This document shows, piece after piece, positions 23,288 to 37,390 of a stretch of 64,000 bases of DNA. Made by a program: the position numbers and the translations under genes. Under the pieces are notes generated by a model. The model was given only the letters and a program-made list of their open reading frames with translations. It was not told where the DNA came from and searched no databases. Origin of the DNA: the human T2T-CHM13v2.0 reference genome, Homo sapiens. The stretch covers positions 36,288,001-36,352,000 of the forward strand of contig CP068257.2 in assembly GCA_009914755.4 (NCBI GenBank), written 5' to 3'. Every line of letters begins with the position of its first letter. Within the stretch, counting starts at the first letter, position 1.

Positions 23288-25529
23288 GAGTTACTGATAT
23301 CAAAAAGTCTTGTCTAAACCTGAATAAAGATAAAGAGATTATAAGTCTGTAGCCTGGTGACATGATTGGGTGAAACTCTGGAGGCCTTTGGAGGGGGTGA
23401 GTGTATTTTGTATGTGGGAAGCGTATGAATCATTGGATTAGGGGAGGACTGAAAGATTGGTGAGGTCATAGATGTGGTTGATGGAAAAGAGATGAAGAGA
23501 AGTATCAACTATTGTAGTAGTTTTGGCCACTTGCTTAAGCAGATTTCTCATACTTTCCAGGCCTGATCGGACCCATCTTATATGGACACATGGTACATTG
23601 TTACACCAGTGGCTCCCAGTGAATCCCACTGTACCCTTGTGAGCCCAGGCAAAATCAGCAGAAGAGTGTAGCAATGGACAGTTGATAGAGTGTAGAATGC
23701 CATTTCCATTTTATAATGGAACGCTGCTATGAACATCCCATTTTTAATGGTTTTGTGGGTCAGATAACATCCAATTAATGAAGAACAGTTTAGTTACATG
23801 GTCACTCAGGGATCCACGGTGAACATTCTATCTTGACCAGATCCTGAAATCAAGCAAGAAGTTGCTTTTCAAATGGAAAATTACTGTTAGCGTGAGAGAA
23901 CATGGCTTTACTCCCAAAGCCTAAGAGTCTGTTCTGTGATTCTCCTATGGGGACTTGCCAGAGTCTCCATACACTTACTTCCCTGCTTGGCATAAACAGC
24001 CACATTACAGGGCTCTTCCTCAAGGAAACTGACCTCCTCCTCCATAAAGACTCCGTGTCTACAACGGACTTAGGTCCGGGAACTGGACCGAGACTGTGAA
24101 TCCCAGGAAGGCAACTTGAGTTAGGACTAGACCCACTTGCCAGATTCGTTTTTCTGATTTTGCAGGCAGAGCAATAACCTCAGGAGGAAGCATTTATTTC
24201 ATTTTTGGAGGTCCCATAACCAGTCAGATCCCTGCAGATCAAAACATTGATCACGACTCCATTCTTGAGGCATACTATGGAATGGAAGTTCAGCTATGGC
24301 TTCCAAAGCATTTGCCATTTCAATGTAGATTTTTAATTCATTTGTTTTATTTTGGATGTTTATTATTGGTGGATTCTGGGAACCCTAGGTAGCCTGATTA
24401 TCGCAGTAGAAGCAGGAGGAATCCTGGAAGAATTGATGCTTAATTATAAGATGACAAACTCAGTAGACAGGGAGTTACCAATACCAAGAGACACTAGGTA
24501 AGGAATTTTATTATAGTAATGTTGAAAATGCTGAAGGGTTTGGGGGATGCCAGATTCATGCAGCTACAAAAGCAGCTAGATCTTTGCTCTAATAGGACAG
24601 TCTTCAAAAGTGTGCATTATAATTTATTTATTTATGTTGGCTTTGTTAGCCTTTATACCTGAGAATGGAGAGAAATAGGATGCACCCCCTGCTTCTTTAT
24701 TTGACTACAGCTTTTAACTCAGAGTGAGACGTCAAAAGACATTTAAACTGTAATCATTAACTAATAAATTCAGATAAATAAATTTAATATAATTATAGAA
24801 GTAATTTTGAAGCACCCATATTTGAAGAAAAATGAGAAAGATAAGCAGTCCCACTGTTTTAGGTAACTATTTCTAAGCCAAATAAAATGTGATATAAATT
24901 GCTAGGGGGTGAAGTGCAAGCAGACTCAGGTTCACATCATTAAAGGACTTTTGCTCATCACTCGCTTGCAAAGCGACCCTTACCTTCTCCCATATACAGA
25001 AATTAACTCAAAATAGATTACAGACTTAAATGTAAAATCTAAAACTATAAAACTTGTAGAAGAATACATAAAAGACAATCATGACTTTGGCATAGGTCAA
25101 AAATTTTTAAGTATGATTCTAAAAGGCATGTTTCATAAAAGAAAATACAGATAAATTTGAATTAATTGAAAATTTTTGTTCTTTGAAAGACTGTTAAGAT
25201 GAAAAGACAAGCCATAGAAAGGGAAAAGTTCTTGCAAAAAATATGTATGATAAAAACCTGCATTCAGAATATATAAGATTGTTTTCTTATTATTACATTT
25301 TGAGAGTTTCTTACATATTGGATATGTTAACTAGTTTGATGTTAACCTTGTGTTAATGATATGATATAATCATTCCACAATGTATATATATTTCAAAACA
25401 TTACATTGTACAACATAAATATATATAATTATTATTTCTCAATTAAAAATGAACATTTTAAATGTGCAAAAGTTCAAGTAGACACTACATAGAAGAAGAT
25501 ACATGGATGATAAACTCACACGAAAATGT

Positions 25530-26290
25530 GCTCACATCACTAGAAATTAGATAAAATCCAATTTGAAGTACAATGAGGTAGACCTACATACCTATGCAAA
25601 TGGAAACAAAAACAAAAACAAAAAAACACCTGACAAAACCAAGTGCTGGTAAGGAAACAGGGAAATTGGAATGATCACATATTTCTGTAGGAATGCAAAA
25701 GATGCAGCCATTTTGGAAACCAGGTTGGCCATTTTTTAGTTAAACACATGCTTGCAACAAGATCCAGTAATCCAACTACTATTGTTTACTCAAAGGAAAT
25801 GAAAACTTATGTTCACACAAGAATTTGTATGTGGATTTTTAGAACAATTCTATTCATAAGAGCCGAAAATGGAAACCAATCCAAATGTCTATCAATAGGG
25901 GGAATGGGCAAACTGTTTTCATCTATACTATGTATCATAGTAATAAAATGAAACAACCTGTGATAATCCAACAACATGGAAGATTTTCAACTCCATTTTG
26001 CCAAGTGAAATAAGCAATACTCAAATGGCTACATAGTGGACAACTCCATTTATATGACATTCTAAAAAAGGTGAAACCATGGAAACAGGAAATAGATCAA
26101 TGATTGCCAGGGCCTGGGAATGGGAAGAGAGATTTATTGCAAAGAGGTATTAAAGAATTTGAGAATTCTTTAATTTTATATATTGATTTTGGAAATGGTT
26201 ACAGGACTATTTCTGTCAATCAAAACTCAGAACTGCGCAGCTAAAAAGGATAATATTGAATGTATATAAATTATATCTCAGAACATTTGA
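25530..26290 (+). mobile_element. Ancient L1 (L1M-type) ORF2-end/3'UTR fragment
   Basis: Matches old-L1 3' region: ...atgcaaatggaaacaaaaac...gccattttggaaaccaggttggccatttttta...ccaaatgtctatcaatagggggaatgggcaaac...tgattgccagggcctgggaatgggaag... Confidence 0.6.
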
Positions 26291-26469
26291 CTTAAAATAC
26301 ATGAGAACAAAATGAAGACATCTACAGATAAAGAAAAAGCATTGAAATAAATTATTGGTAATACGCTTGTGCCACATTGCTACAAGAAGTCCTTTAGGCA
26401 GAAGGTAAATGACATCAGACAGTAAATCAGATCTATGAGAAGGAATCGATAGAACTGGAAATGGTAATA

Positions 26470-26522
26470 GAGTGTGTGTGTGTGTGCGTGTGTGTGTGTG
26501 TGTGTGTGTCTATGCATGTGTG
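26470..26522. repeat. (TG)n microsatellite, imperfect
   Basis: Direct reading: gtgtgtgtgtgtgtgcgtgtgtgtgtgtgtgtgtgtgtctatgcatgtgtgtat. Confidence 0.9.
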
Positions 26523-27649
26523 TATTTCGCTCTCTTAATTTATTTGTAAGACATATGACTGTATTTTGGGGTTCATATTGTATATGTGTGCAATGCATGT
26601 GACCATATAATGTGGGGAGAATGACTGAACTTGTCGCAAAATTTCTATATTTTACTTGGAGTAAGTAAATATTAACTTGAATAATATTGTAATATGTTAA
26701 ATATATATATTTTCATCAGGAATCAACAACCGAAAAGATAAAGAAGGCAAATAAATATAACTAATAGTTGGAAAAGTTAAAATTGTATAGTAAGAAATAT
26801 TTAACACAATTAAAGTAGGAAAAGAAGAATAGGACAAAAAAAGGAAGAGAAAAAACAAATGGCAAGTTGGCAGGCCTAAGTTAAATCATGTCAATAATCA
26901 TATTAAATATGAATGTGCCAAACATTCTAATCAAAAGGCAGACATTGTCAGACTGAATGAAAAATCAAGGTCTAATTATGTGCTGCTTATAAAAGATGGA
27001 CTTTAATTTCAAAGGCACAAATTGGTTGAAAGTAAAAGGATAGAAAAATGTATCCTGTACAAATATAAACATACAAGGGTTGAGTGGTTGTATTAAAATC
27101 AGATGAAGTAGACTTTAATATAAAGAACATTACTAAAGACAAAGAAAGGTATTTTATTATGATGAAAGGCTGAATACAGTAGGGAAAGAAAACAAGCATA
27201 AATGCATCTGACAATGAGCTACAAGATATATGAAGCAAATATTGAAACATAATTGAAAAGAGAAATAGAGAAGTCAACAATTACAGTTGGAGATTTCAAC
27301 ATTCTTCTCTCAGTAATTGATAGAACATGTAAATAAACAACCAGTAGGATACTGGCCTCTTGAGCAACATTATCAACCAACTGGATCAAATATAGTGATA
27401 ACTGTGGAACACTTCACCAAACAACAGCAGAACACATTCTTTTCATGCACTTGGAACATTCTTTAAGGTATACCATGTACTAAACCATAATATATGTCTT
27501 AAAAACTTAAAGATACTGAAATAACACAGCATGTATTCTCTGATTTCAATGTCAGTTAGGAATCAAGAAGAGAAAGAGAGAGACGTGGGAAACCCCAAGT
27601 ATGTGGAAATGATAAAATGAATGAACATGTAAGTATAACAAAATTTCTT

Positions 27650-27826
27650 TTCTTTTCCTTTTTGTTTTAGAGACTAGGTCTCACTCTGTTCCCCAGACTG
27701 AAGTGCAGTGGTGCAATCATAGCTCACTGCAGCCTTGAACTCCTGGCCTTGAGTGATCCCCCACCTCAGCTTTCCCTCCCAAGTAACTGAGACTACATCT
27801 GTGCACCACTGTACCTGGCTAAAAAA
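27650..27826 (-). mobile_element. Partial Alu (right-arm half), minus orientation
   Basis: agagactaggtctcactctgttccccagactgaagtgcagtggtgcaatcatagctcactgcagcc...gagactacatctgtgcaccactgtacctggctaa. The left arm is absent. Confidence 0.7.
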
Positions 27827-28942
27827 TGCAATTAAGTAAACTTGAAATGCAGTTAAGTAAACCTTTGAGAAAGAAATTTAGCTTTAGAGAAGAAGAAAGA
27901 TCCAAAACAAGTGATCTAAGCTTCTAAGAAGCTAGAAAGAAACAGAAATTAAATTCAAGTAGAAAAAAGGAAAAAGTAAAATCAGAATGGAAATCAGTGG
28001 AATGTGAAATGGATAAACAATAGAGGAAACCAAGATTGCCAAGGTTAGCTTTTAAAAAAGACTAATAAGGTAGAATAACCTTTAGCTCATTGATCAAGAA
28101 AAAAGAGAAATCATGATCAATATCTGGATGATTGAGATCACTATAGACCCTACAAACATTAAAAGAATGATAACAGAATGTTACAAACAACTTTATACCA
28201 AAAATTTATGCATTTATGTGAAATAGATAAATTCCTTAGAAAGTAGAAACTATTGAAATTGACTCAAGGAAAAAAAAAACTGCAAAAAATCTGAATATCT
28301 CTTTACAAAGCAAGCTGATTTAAATAGTAATTTAAAATATCTTTGCAAAATATATTAAGGCGGATTTGGTGGTGAGGTTTTACCAAGCATTAGGGAAAAA
28401 ATAATACAAATTATCCTTTCAGAAAAGAGAGGGGGAAGGTATAATTTTCAATTCATTTTATGAGGACAGTATTACTTTGCTACAAAAGCCAGCCAAATAC
28501 TTCGTAAGAAAACTAGAGATTAATATCCTTTATGAACACAGATGCAAAAGTTTTAAACAAAATTTTAGCCAATTGAATCCAGCAATATGTAAAAATGATA
28601 ATACACCATGATCAACTGGGTTTTATCTCAGGAATGCAAGGTTGGTTTAACATCCAAATGTCATTAGTATAGTACACCATATGTGAAAGGCAGAATAATG
28701 GCCCTTCAGAGATGTCCATGTCCTAAATCCCCAGAACCTACAAACATATTACCATAAGTGGCAAAAGGAACTTTGCAAATGTGATTAGCGTCAATCACCT
28801 TGACATGAGGAGATTATCCTGGATTATCTGGATGGGCCCAATGGAATCATAACGGTCTCCATAAGGGACACATGAAGGCAGAGGGAGATATAACTACAGA
28901 AGAGAAAGGAAGAGTGATTCAATGTGAGAAGGACTTGGCACA

Positions 28943-29930
28943 TAATATGGTTTGGCTCTGTGTTCCCACCCAAATCTCTTCATGAACTATAATCCCCACA
29001 AGTTGATGGAGGGACTTGGTGGGAGGTGATTGGATCATGGGGGCAGTTTCCCCCATGCTGTTCTCATGATAGTGAGGGAGTTCTCACAGGATCTGATAGC
29101 TTAAAAGTGGCAGTTTCCCTTACTCTCTCTCTTTCTCCTGCCACCATGTAAGATGTGCCTTGCTTCCCCTTTGCCTTTTGCCATGATTGTAAGTTTCCTG
29201 AGGGCTCCCAGCCATGTGGAACTGTGAGTCAATTAAACCTCCTTTCTTTATAAATTACCCAGTATCAGCTATTTCTTTACAGCATTGTACAAACTAGCTA
29301 GTACAGAAAATTGGTACTGAGAGTGGGGTACTATTACAAAGATAATTGAGAATGTGGAATCAACTTTGGAACTGGGTAACAGGCAGAAGTTGGAACAGTT
29401 TGGAAGGCTCAGAAGAAGACAGGAAGATGTGGGAAAATTTGGAACTTCCTAGAGACTTGTCTAACGGGTTTTTTTTTCAACTTTTATTTTCAGGATGTGC
29501 AGGTTTGTCACATAGGTAACTGTGTGCCATGATGGTTTACAGCACAGATCATCCCATCACCCAGGTTATTGAGCTTAGCATCCATTAGCTATTTTTCCTG
29601 ATGCTCTCCCTCCTCCCAGCCTCCCTCATAGGTGCCCAAATGCTGATAATGATATGGACAGTGAAGTCTAGGCTGAGGTGGTCTCAGATGGAGATGAAGA
29701 ACTTATTAAGACTGGAGCAAAGGTCACTCTTGCTATGCTTTAGCAAAGAGACTGGTGGAATTTTTCCCTACCCTAGAGGTATGTGGAACTTTGAACTTCA
29801 GAGAGATGATTTAGGGTATCTGGCAGAAGAAATTTTTAAGCAGCAAAGCGTTCAAGAAATGACCTGGCCTTTTCTGAAAGCATACATTCATAAGCATTCA
29901 CAAAGAGATGATCTGAAATTTTACTCCTAG
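28943..29930 (+). mobile_element. MaLR ERV fragment (THE1/MST-type LTR about 28943-29306 plus internal region), interrupted by an L1 fragment
   Basis: LTR: atatggtttggctctgtgttcccacccaaatctc...ccatgattgtaagtttcctgagggctcccagccatgtggaactgtgagtcaattaaacctcctttctttataaattacccagt. Internal: gtggaatcaactttggaactgggtaacaggcagaagttggaacagtttggaaggctcagaagaagacaggaagatgtgggaaaatttggaacttcctagagacttg, which resumes at 29629. Confidence 0.75.
29469..29628 (-). mobile_element. Old L1 3'-end fragment nested in the MaLR internal region
   Basis: Poly-T followed by caggatgtgcaggtttgtcacataggtaactgtgtgccatgatggtttacagcac...ttagctatttttcctgatgctctccctcc. Confidence 0.7.
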
Positions 29931-29931
29931 C

Positions 29932-30462
29932 TACTTTCCTAAAAGAAGTTAAAACATATGTCTACACAAAGACTTGTACATGAATGTTAATTGCATCATT
30001 ATTCATAATACTCCCCAAATGGAACCAACCAACCTCAGTGTCCATCAACTGGTAAATAAATAAGTGGTATATCCACACAATGGGATGCTACATAGCACTA
30101 AGAAGGAATGACCAATGATACATACCACAACATGGAAGAATCTCAAGAACAGCATGCTAAATAAAAGAGCCAGATATAGAAGACTTGATACTGTATGATT
30201 CCACTCATGTGAAATTCCAGAAAAGCCAGGCTAAAATGTTAGAAGGCAGATCAATGTTTACCAGGGGCTGGAGATAAGAACAAAAATTGACTGTAAAAGG
30301 ACACAGGGAACATTCTAGGGCAATGAAAATGCTTTAAACCTTAACTGTGATGCTATTTGCACACCTGTGTACATTTACCAAATCTCATCCATCTGTACGT
30401 TTAAAATGGGTGAATTTTATTGTGTGTAAATTATAACTCGAGTTGTTAAAAATATAAACATC
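29932..30462 (+). mobile_element. Ancient L1 (L1M-type) 3'-end fragment
   Basis: ...ccaaatggaaccaaccaacctcagtgtccatcaactggtaaataaataagtggtatatccacacaatggg...gtttaccaggggctggagataag...gtacgtttaaaatgggtgaattttattgtgtgtaaattataactc. Confidence 0.65.
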
Positions 30463-31347
30463 TCTAATAAAGTAAAATAAAATAAAGTAAATGAAAATAA
30501 AACAAAACAAAAAATAGTCCAGCACCATGATGATCTTTTCATGTGTCAATCTGGCTATGTTATAGTTTCTAGTTATTCAAACACCAATCCAGGAGTTACT
30601 GCGAAGGCATTTTATAGATGTGATTAAAACTCATAATCAGTTGACTTTAAGTAGGGAAGGATATCCTAGGTAACCTGGACTGACTCAAACAAAGGGTCTC
30701 AAAAGCCCAGCTGAGTCTCCCTTAAAGAAGGGAGGCTGATGGCAGCTTCAGCCGTGCAGAGTGTTCCAGCCTGCCCTCCCCAATGGTCTGTCTTATGAAT
30801 TTCAGACTTGCCTTGTCAGCCCCACAATTAGATAAGCCAATTTCTTGCAAAATTTTCACATGTACTATTATTTTGTCCCATGAAACTGATCAGAGTTGTA
30901 ATTTTGCTTTGATTTTTGATTATGTGTTTATCTTAATTGGCAAGGATATTGTCTTCATTCATCACGTGCATTCATTCTTCATTCATTCATCAAGGATATT
31001 GTCTTTTTTATTCATAGCTACGTATATGCTGCCTGACCTATAGTGTACACTCTGTAAATATTTGTTGAATGAATGAAGTATTATTTTATGAGTATGTTTA
31101 TATTTGTCAGACCATCTCCAAAATGTTGGTTTGTGAAATGTCAACATTTATATCATAAAGCAGGAGCAGGGAAACTTTTTCTTAAAGGACCATATAGTAA
31201 ATATATTCAGCTTTATTAGCCAACAGTTTACGTTATTGGCCCACAACAGTTGACTCAACTCTGTTGATGTAGGGCAAAAATAAAGATAGTTAATATGTAA
31301 ATCAATGAGTGTGTCTGTATTCTAACAAAACTTTATGAAAACAGGTG

Positions 31348-31671
31348 GGGCCAGCGCAATGGTTCACACCTATAATTCCAGCACTTTGGGAGGCCGAGGT
31401 GGGTAGATCGCTTGAGTCCAAAGTGTGAGACCAATCTGAGTTGAGTAACATGGAGAAACCCCATCTCTACAAAAATTACAAAAAAATAGTCCAGTGTGGT
31501 GGTTCATGCCTGTAGTCCCAGGTACTTGGGAGGCTGAGGTGGGAGGATGCTTGCTTCCAGGAGGTGGAGGCTACAGTGAGCTGAGATCGTGCCTCTGCAC
31601 TCCAGCCTGGGTGACAGAGCAAGACCCTGACCCTGTCTTAAAAAAAAAAAAGAGGAAAAAAGAAAAGAAAA
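31348..31671 (+). mobile_element. Alu SINE, full length
   Basis: ggccagcgcaatggttcacacctataattccagcactttgggaggccgaggtggg... plus A-tail. An 11-bp TSD GAAAACAGGTG at 31337-31347 and 31672-31682. Confidence 0.95.
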
Positions 31672-33666
31672 GAAAACAGGTGACTAGTCTATGAGTCATA
31701 CTTTGCCCACCCTTGCATAAAGTCCTGCTCATCTACAGTAGTCATGGACTATTGTGTTTAAGAAGTATCTGGTTACTATGTAATTTATTAGGGCCAAGGT
31801 GTTAGAGTACAATAAGAGACCTTGTCATCATAGTTGTAATGAATGTGATGAATATAATTTATCTGATGGTTCATAAGGTGCTCTAGCTTCACCTCGTCCC
31901 CATGTAAAAAAATCTCATTGCAAAATACAGCGAAGATGTATGGAGGCATTGACCTAAATCAGCACCAAATGCACGGAAGTCTCTGAAAACTTATTATATT
32001 TAATAAGTATCTAAAATGTTATTATTTGCAAGGTTTTGGGTTTCATCTCCTACATATGTAGGCTTTGAGCCAGTGTTCTATCACTCAGCTGTGAGAGTAT
32101 GACTTATTGGCCTCAGGACTCAGCTGTGAGGATTTAAGAGATGACTGAGTGAGCAGCACTTTTATTACAGAATTCCAGGAGATGACTGTTGTTATATTCC
32201 CTATATTCCCATTTATCTGGAGGTAATATTCTTTACCTGCATACCAACTTTCTAGAACCTACCACTAAATGCAAAAATAAAAGGTCTTTAAATATGAGGA
32301 ATAATTTTCCCAAGGTCTTTGGGGTTAAAGCCGTGTACTTTATTGCTTATTTCTTACTGATTTTTTCTTTACATGCAACCCTAACAAACTTGATTATTTA
32401 CACTTCCAGCCATGGCAAGTGAGAATAAGCAAGGTCTTGGTGAAAATACCCACTAAGAGCAGAAATACTGCTGACTAAAAAAAACAAAAAACACCAAAAA
32501 AAAGCCCACTGTGTTTATTTCATGCACTGTATTAAATAACTATGATTCATCAAGAACATTTTAAATTATGTTCATTGTTCTCTTTTTAGAAAGACAGAAA
32601 CTATGCTGTGCATTTTAGGATAATTTCCATTAAAATAGTTTATTTAAATTAATTTTCATGCTAGATAAGAAAGTTTGATTAGCTGGAGATAACTCATATG
32701 TAACAGCAGCTGATAATGCCTAATGGCCAAGGTATTAATCTGGGACATGTACCTCTTTCCTCTTCTTCTTTGTAAACATTTATTCATGCTGCTCAATTTC
32801 TTTGCATAATAGATATCTGCCTTTAGAGCCAAGTTTCTGGGAAGTATTTTTTACAGTAGCAGGTGTTTTTTAGGTCTTCTGCAGAAAACTCCCTCAGACA
32901 GTATGCGGATTTTGAAAAGAAAGGGTGATGGAAAATGCTAGTCATTGTTCCTGCTTATAAAATTCCAACCAGAGTAGGGCTTTTGTTCAGGAAAACAGAA
33001 GGGGAATAATAAATGCCAAGTGGAATGATCAGATGCAATTAGAAACTTATCTGCCAAGGTAATGTGTGAGGGACGATTTGTCACTAGTCCCAAGTACTCT
33101 GTGTTATAAGCTGCAGGCTGAGTTGTCAGTTTGTTGAGAAAGGCAGCAAACCACTCCTGTCCTGCTGCAGAATCACAACTTCCAAGGGCGCCCCTGGGAG
33201 ACTGAGAGCCTTGACCTTGGGCTGGATTCCCCTGTAGTTTATTGGGAGTGGACACTGAGCAGTGAAGGCAGGAAAGACGAATATGCTTTTGGATTAGGCT
33301 GGCTGCGTTTCCGCTGAGAACAAGAGCACACAAATGTCTAGGAGGGCAGCAGGATAAGTAAACATGCAGGCCATGAAACCAGCCTGGTGGATTTTAGATT
33401 GAATTCCGCAACTAGGCTATGCGTGGGCGAAGTGGGAAGTGAGTGTTCACCTGGCAGATCCCTCTCCAGTCTTGTACAAAATTCCCACGTCATGTTAGGA
33501 GTCGATGCCTGTTCTTCCCACTTTACTATCACTGCTGGGCACAGCAGCTAGTTCCAAGCATATCTTTACTTTTCCTAAAAATATATATATATATTTTTGA
33601 AAATAGGTAACACCTACCTGCACTTGTATAAATGATTACAATATCACAAAACTAAAGAGTAAGGCA

Positions 33667-34001
<335 letters not shown>

Positions 34002-34039
34002 TCAGATATATGATATGCTATGGTTATTTAGCTGGTCAT

Positions 34040-34455
34040 CCAATGTTGACCACTTCCATAAAGAAAATGTGGTAGATATATACTGTGGAATACTACTCAG
34101 CCATAAAAAAAAACCAAAATAATGTCTTTTGCAGCAACTTAGATGGAGCTGGAGGCCATTATGCTAAGTGAAGTAACTCGGGAATGGAAAACCAAATATT
34201 GTATTTTTTCACTGATAAGTAGGCGCTAAGCTTTGAAGACACAAAGGGGTAAGAGTGATGTAATGAACTTTGGGAACTCAGGAAGGGGAAGGTTGGGAGG
34301 GGGTGAGGAATAAAAAACTACATATTGGGTGCAGTGTTCACTGCTTGGGTAGTCGGTGCATTAAAATCCTGAGATTTTAATACCCACCAAAGAACTTATC
34401 TATGTAACCAAAAAGCACCAGTACCCCAAAAACTATTGAAATTAAAAAAATATTG
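34040..34455 (+). mobile_element. L1 (L1P/L1M-type) 3'-end fragment
   Basis: ...actgtggaatactactcagccataaaaaaaaacc...gcaacttagatggagctggaggccattatgctaagtgaagtaactcgggaatggaaaaccaaatattgtattttttcactgataagtagg...gggtgcagtgttcactgcttgggtag... Confidence 0.7.
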
Positions 34456-34873
34456 ACCACTTCCTTACACAGGTGGCTATAAACGTAGCTCTTACAATCA
34501 AATCCGGGCTATGCTACTATAGTTGGGTGAACTCTGGCAAATACATTCATATCTATGAATCCAACATACTCATTTATAAAATGTGGTTCATAATAGCACC
34601 TACTGCCTAGAGTTGCTATGTGAGATTAAATGAGAATTTTTTTAGCATGTTCAAGAATTTATCTCAATGTGTGTCACAGAATAAACACCCAATACCTGGT
34701 AGGCGCTACTTCTGTGACACTCTTCCTTCCCCATGCTTCACGGCACCGGCATCGTGGGGCTGTCTGCTGTCGCCATGCCTGCTGCAACAGCCTCTCGATG
34801 GCCACCCTGGAACCAGCCTGTCCCCATTCATACCCTGCTTGCAAGTTGCTGCCAAGATATTTTTTCATAGCTA

Positions 34874-37390
34874 TATCGAGGTATAATTGACCTACCACAG
34901 ATGACTCATGTTTAAAGTGTACAATTTTATAAGTTTTGGCACAGCTACATACCTGTGAGCCAGCCCCACAATCCTGTAGTGAACCTACACATCACCCTTG
35001 GAAAGTTTCCACGTGCACCTTTGCAGCTGTTCTCTCTTGCCCTTCTCCCTACCCTCCCTTAACCAGGCAGCCACTGACTGTGGTATGCTGCTTTAGATTA
35101 ATTTGCATTTTCTAGAGTTTTATATAAATGAAACATTCAGTATAGACTTTTTTTTTTTTACTGACTTGTTTCACTCTGTGTAAACATTGTGAGATTTATT
35201 CATCCTGTTTTGTGTATAGTACATTCCTTTCTTCCTCCTATTATTCTATTGCATGGACATATCAAATTTGTTTATCCATTTCTCTATTGATAAACATTTC
35301 AGTTGTTTCTGGTTTTGGTTAATATAAATCAAGCTGCTACGAACAGTTGTGTACAAGTCTTTTTAGGGACGTGTGATAATTTTTTTCTTGGATAGATACC
35401 TCGGAGTAAGTAGAATGTCTGGATCATATAGTAGGTATATGTTTAATTATTTAACAAACTGCCATACTTTTTTCCAAAATGTTTTTGTTTTGTTTTGTTT
35501 TTACCATTTTATTCCCACCAGCAGTGTAGAAGAGTTCTAATTGCTCCATATCTTTGCCAATACTTAGTATGGTCAGTCTTTTTAATTAATCAAATGGGTA
35601 CGTATCACATTGTGATTTTAATTTGCTTCCCTAACGACTAGTGATGTTGAGTATTTTTTTTCATGTGTTTATTTGCCATCTGCACATCTTTTTTATGAAC
35701 TGTCCAAATATTTTACCCATTATTAAAAGTCTGTCTTCTATTTTTTAATTTTGAAAGTTAAATATATATATATTCTGGATACAAGGGCTTTATCACATAT
35801 ATATGCTTTACAAGTATTTTCTCTGAATCTATGGTTTATCTTTTGTTGTTAACTGTAGACTACTTTTTAGAGAAGCTTTAGGTTTATGCAAAAATTGAAT
35901 AGAAAGCACTGAGTTCTCATATACTCTCCCTTTTTTCATTTCCCCTGTTATTAACATACTGTATTAGTGTGGCTCATTTGTTATAATTGATGAACCAATA
36001 GTGATACATTATTTTTAACTAAAGTCCGTAGTTTACATTTGTAACTCTTGGTGTTGTACATTCTATCTGTTTGGCTAAATGTGTAATGACATGGGTCCAC
36101 CATTATAATATCATACAGAGTCGTTTCACTGCTCTAAAAATCTGTGGTCTACTTCTTCATCCCTCCCTCCCCCAAACCCCTGGTAACCAGTATCTATTGT
36201 CTGCCTTTATTGTCTACTGTCCGCTTTTTCCAGAATGTTGTATAGCTGCAATCATACAGTATGTAGCCTTTTCAAATTGGCTTCTTTCACTTAGCAATAT
36301 GCAATTTAGTTTCCTGTGTTTCCTTTTATTAATGAACAGTATTTCCTTGTATAAATGTACCACAGTCAGTTTAGCTGTTTACCTATTAAAAGACATCTGG
36401 GTTGCTTCCAAGTTTTGGCAACTATGAATGAAGTTGCTATAAATACTCGTGTGCAGGGTTTTGTGTAGATGTAAGTTTTCAACTTGTTTGGATAAATACC
36501 AAGGAGTAAGCTTGCTGGATTGTATGGTAAGACTATGTTTAGCTTTCTAAGAAGCCATCAAATAAAAAAGGGGCCATACTATTTTGATTCTCATGTGGTT
36601 TGTCTTTTCATTCTCTGAAGTCTCTTGAAGAGCAGAAATTGTTGATTTGATGAAGCCCAATTTAACAACTTGTTGTTTTGTTTGTGCTTTTTTTGTCTTA
36701 TCTAAAAATTCTTTTGTTTATTCAAAGTCACAAAGATTTATCCTCATATTTTTTTTTCTCTAGAAGTTTTAAGTTTAGGTTATGCATGTAGGTCTAAGAT
36801 CCATTTTGAATTAAATTTGTCCATAGTGAAATGCATGATTTGTAGTTTATTTTTGTTTTTGAATGTGGATAACCAATTAATTGTTCCAGCACCATTGGTG
36901 AAGACTGTCCTTTCTTCAAGGAATTACCTTTGCATTTTATTTTTGTCAAAAATCAGTTGTCCATTCTTGTTTGGGTCTGATTCCAAACTCTCTGTTCTGC
37001 TCCATTCCTTCATGTATCTATCTACCTGCCAGTACCACACTGCTGTGGTTATTATGGTTTTATAATATTTCTTGAAATCACATAGTGTTAGCCCTCCAAC
37101 TTTATTCTTCATACTCAAAGTTGCTTTGATTATTCTAGGTTCTTTGCATTTCCAAATTAATTTCAGGATTGTTTTCTCAATTATTGCAAAAAAATCTCTC
37201 TGGGATTTTGATTGAAATTGTTTTGACTTTACAGATAAATTTGGGGAACATTTACTTTTTGAAAATATTGAGTCTTATGACCCATAAAAGAGGTTTAACT
37301 CTCCCTTTATTTGTGTCTTCTTTAATTTCTGTCAGGATTTTTTTAGTTTTCAGTTTAGAAGTTATTCACATCGCTTGTCATATTCGTCCC
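34874..37390 (-). mobile_element. Old L1 (L1M/L1PB-type), minus orientation: 3' terminus at the left edge, extending through ORF2-derived sequence
   Basis: Left edge cgaggtataattgacctaccacagatgactcatgtttaaagtgtacaatt is the reverse complement of an old-L1 3' terminus. Downstream: ...tattgcatggacatatcaaatttgtttatccatttctctattgataaacatttcagttgtttc...ttcccaccagcagtgtagaagagttc...cagcaccattggtgaagactgtcctttcttcaaggaatt. Confidence 0.6.
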
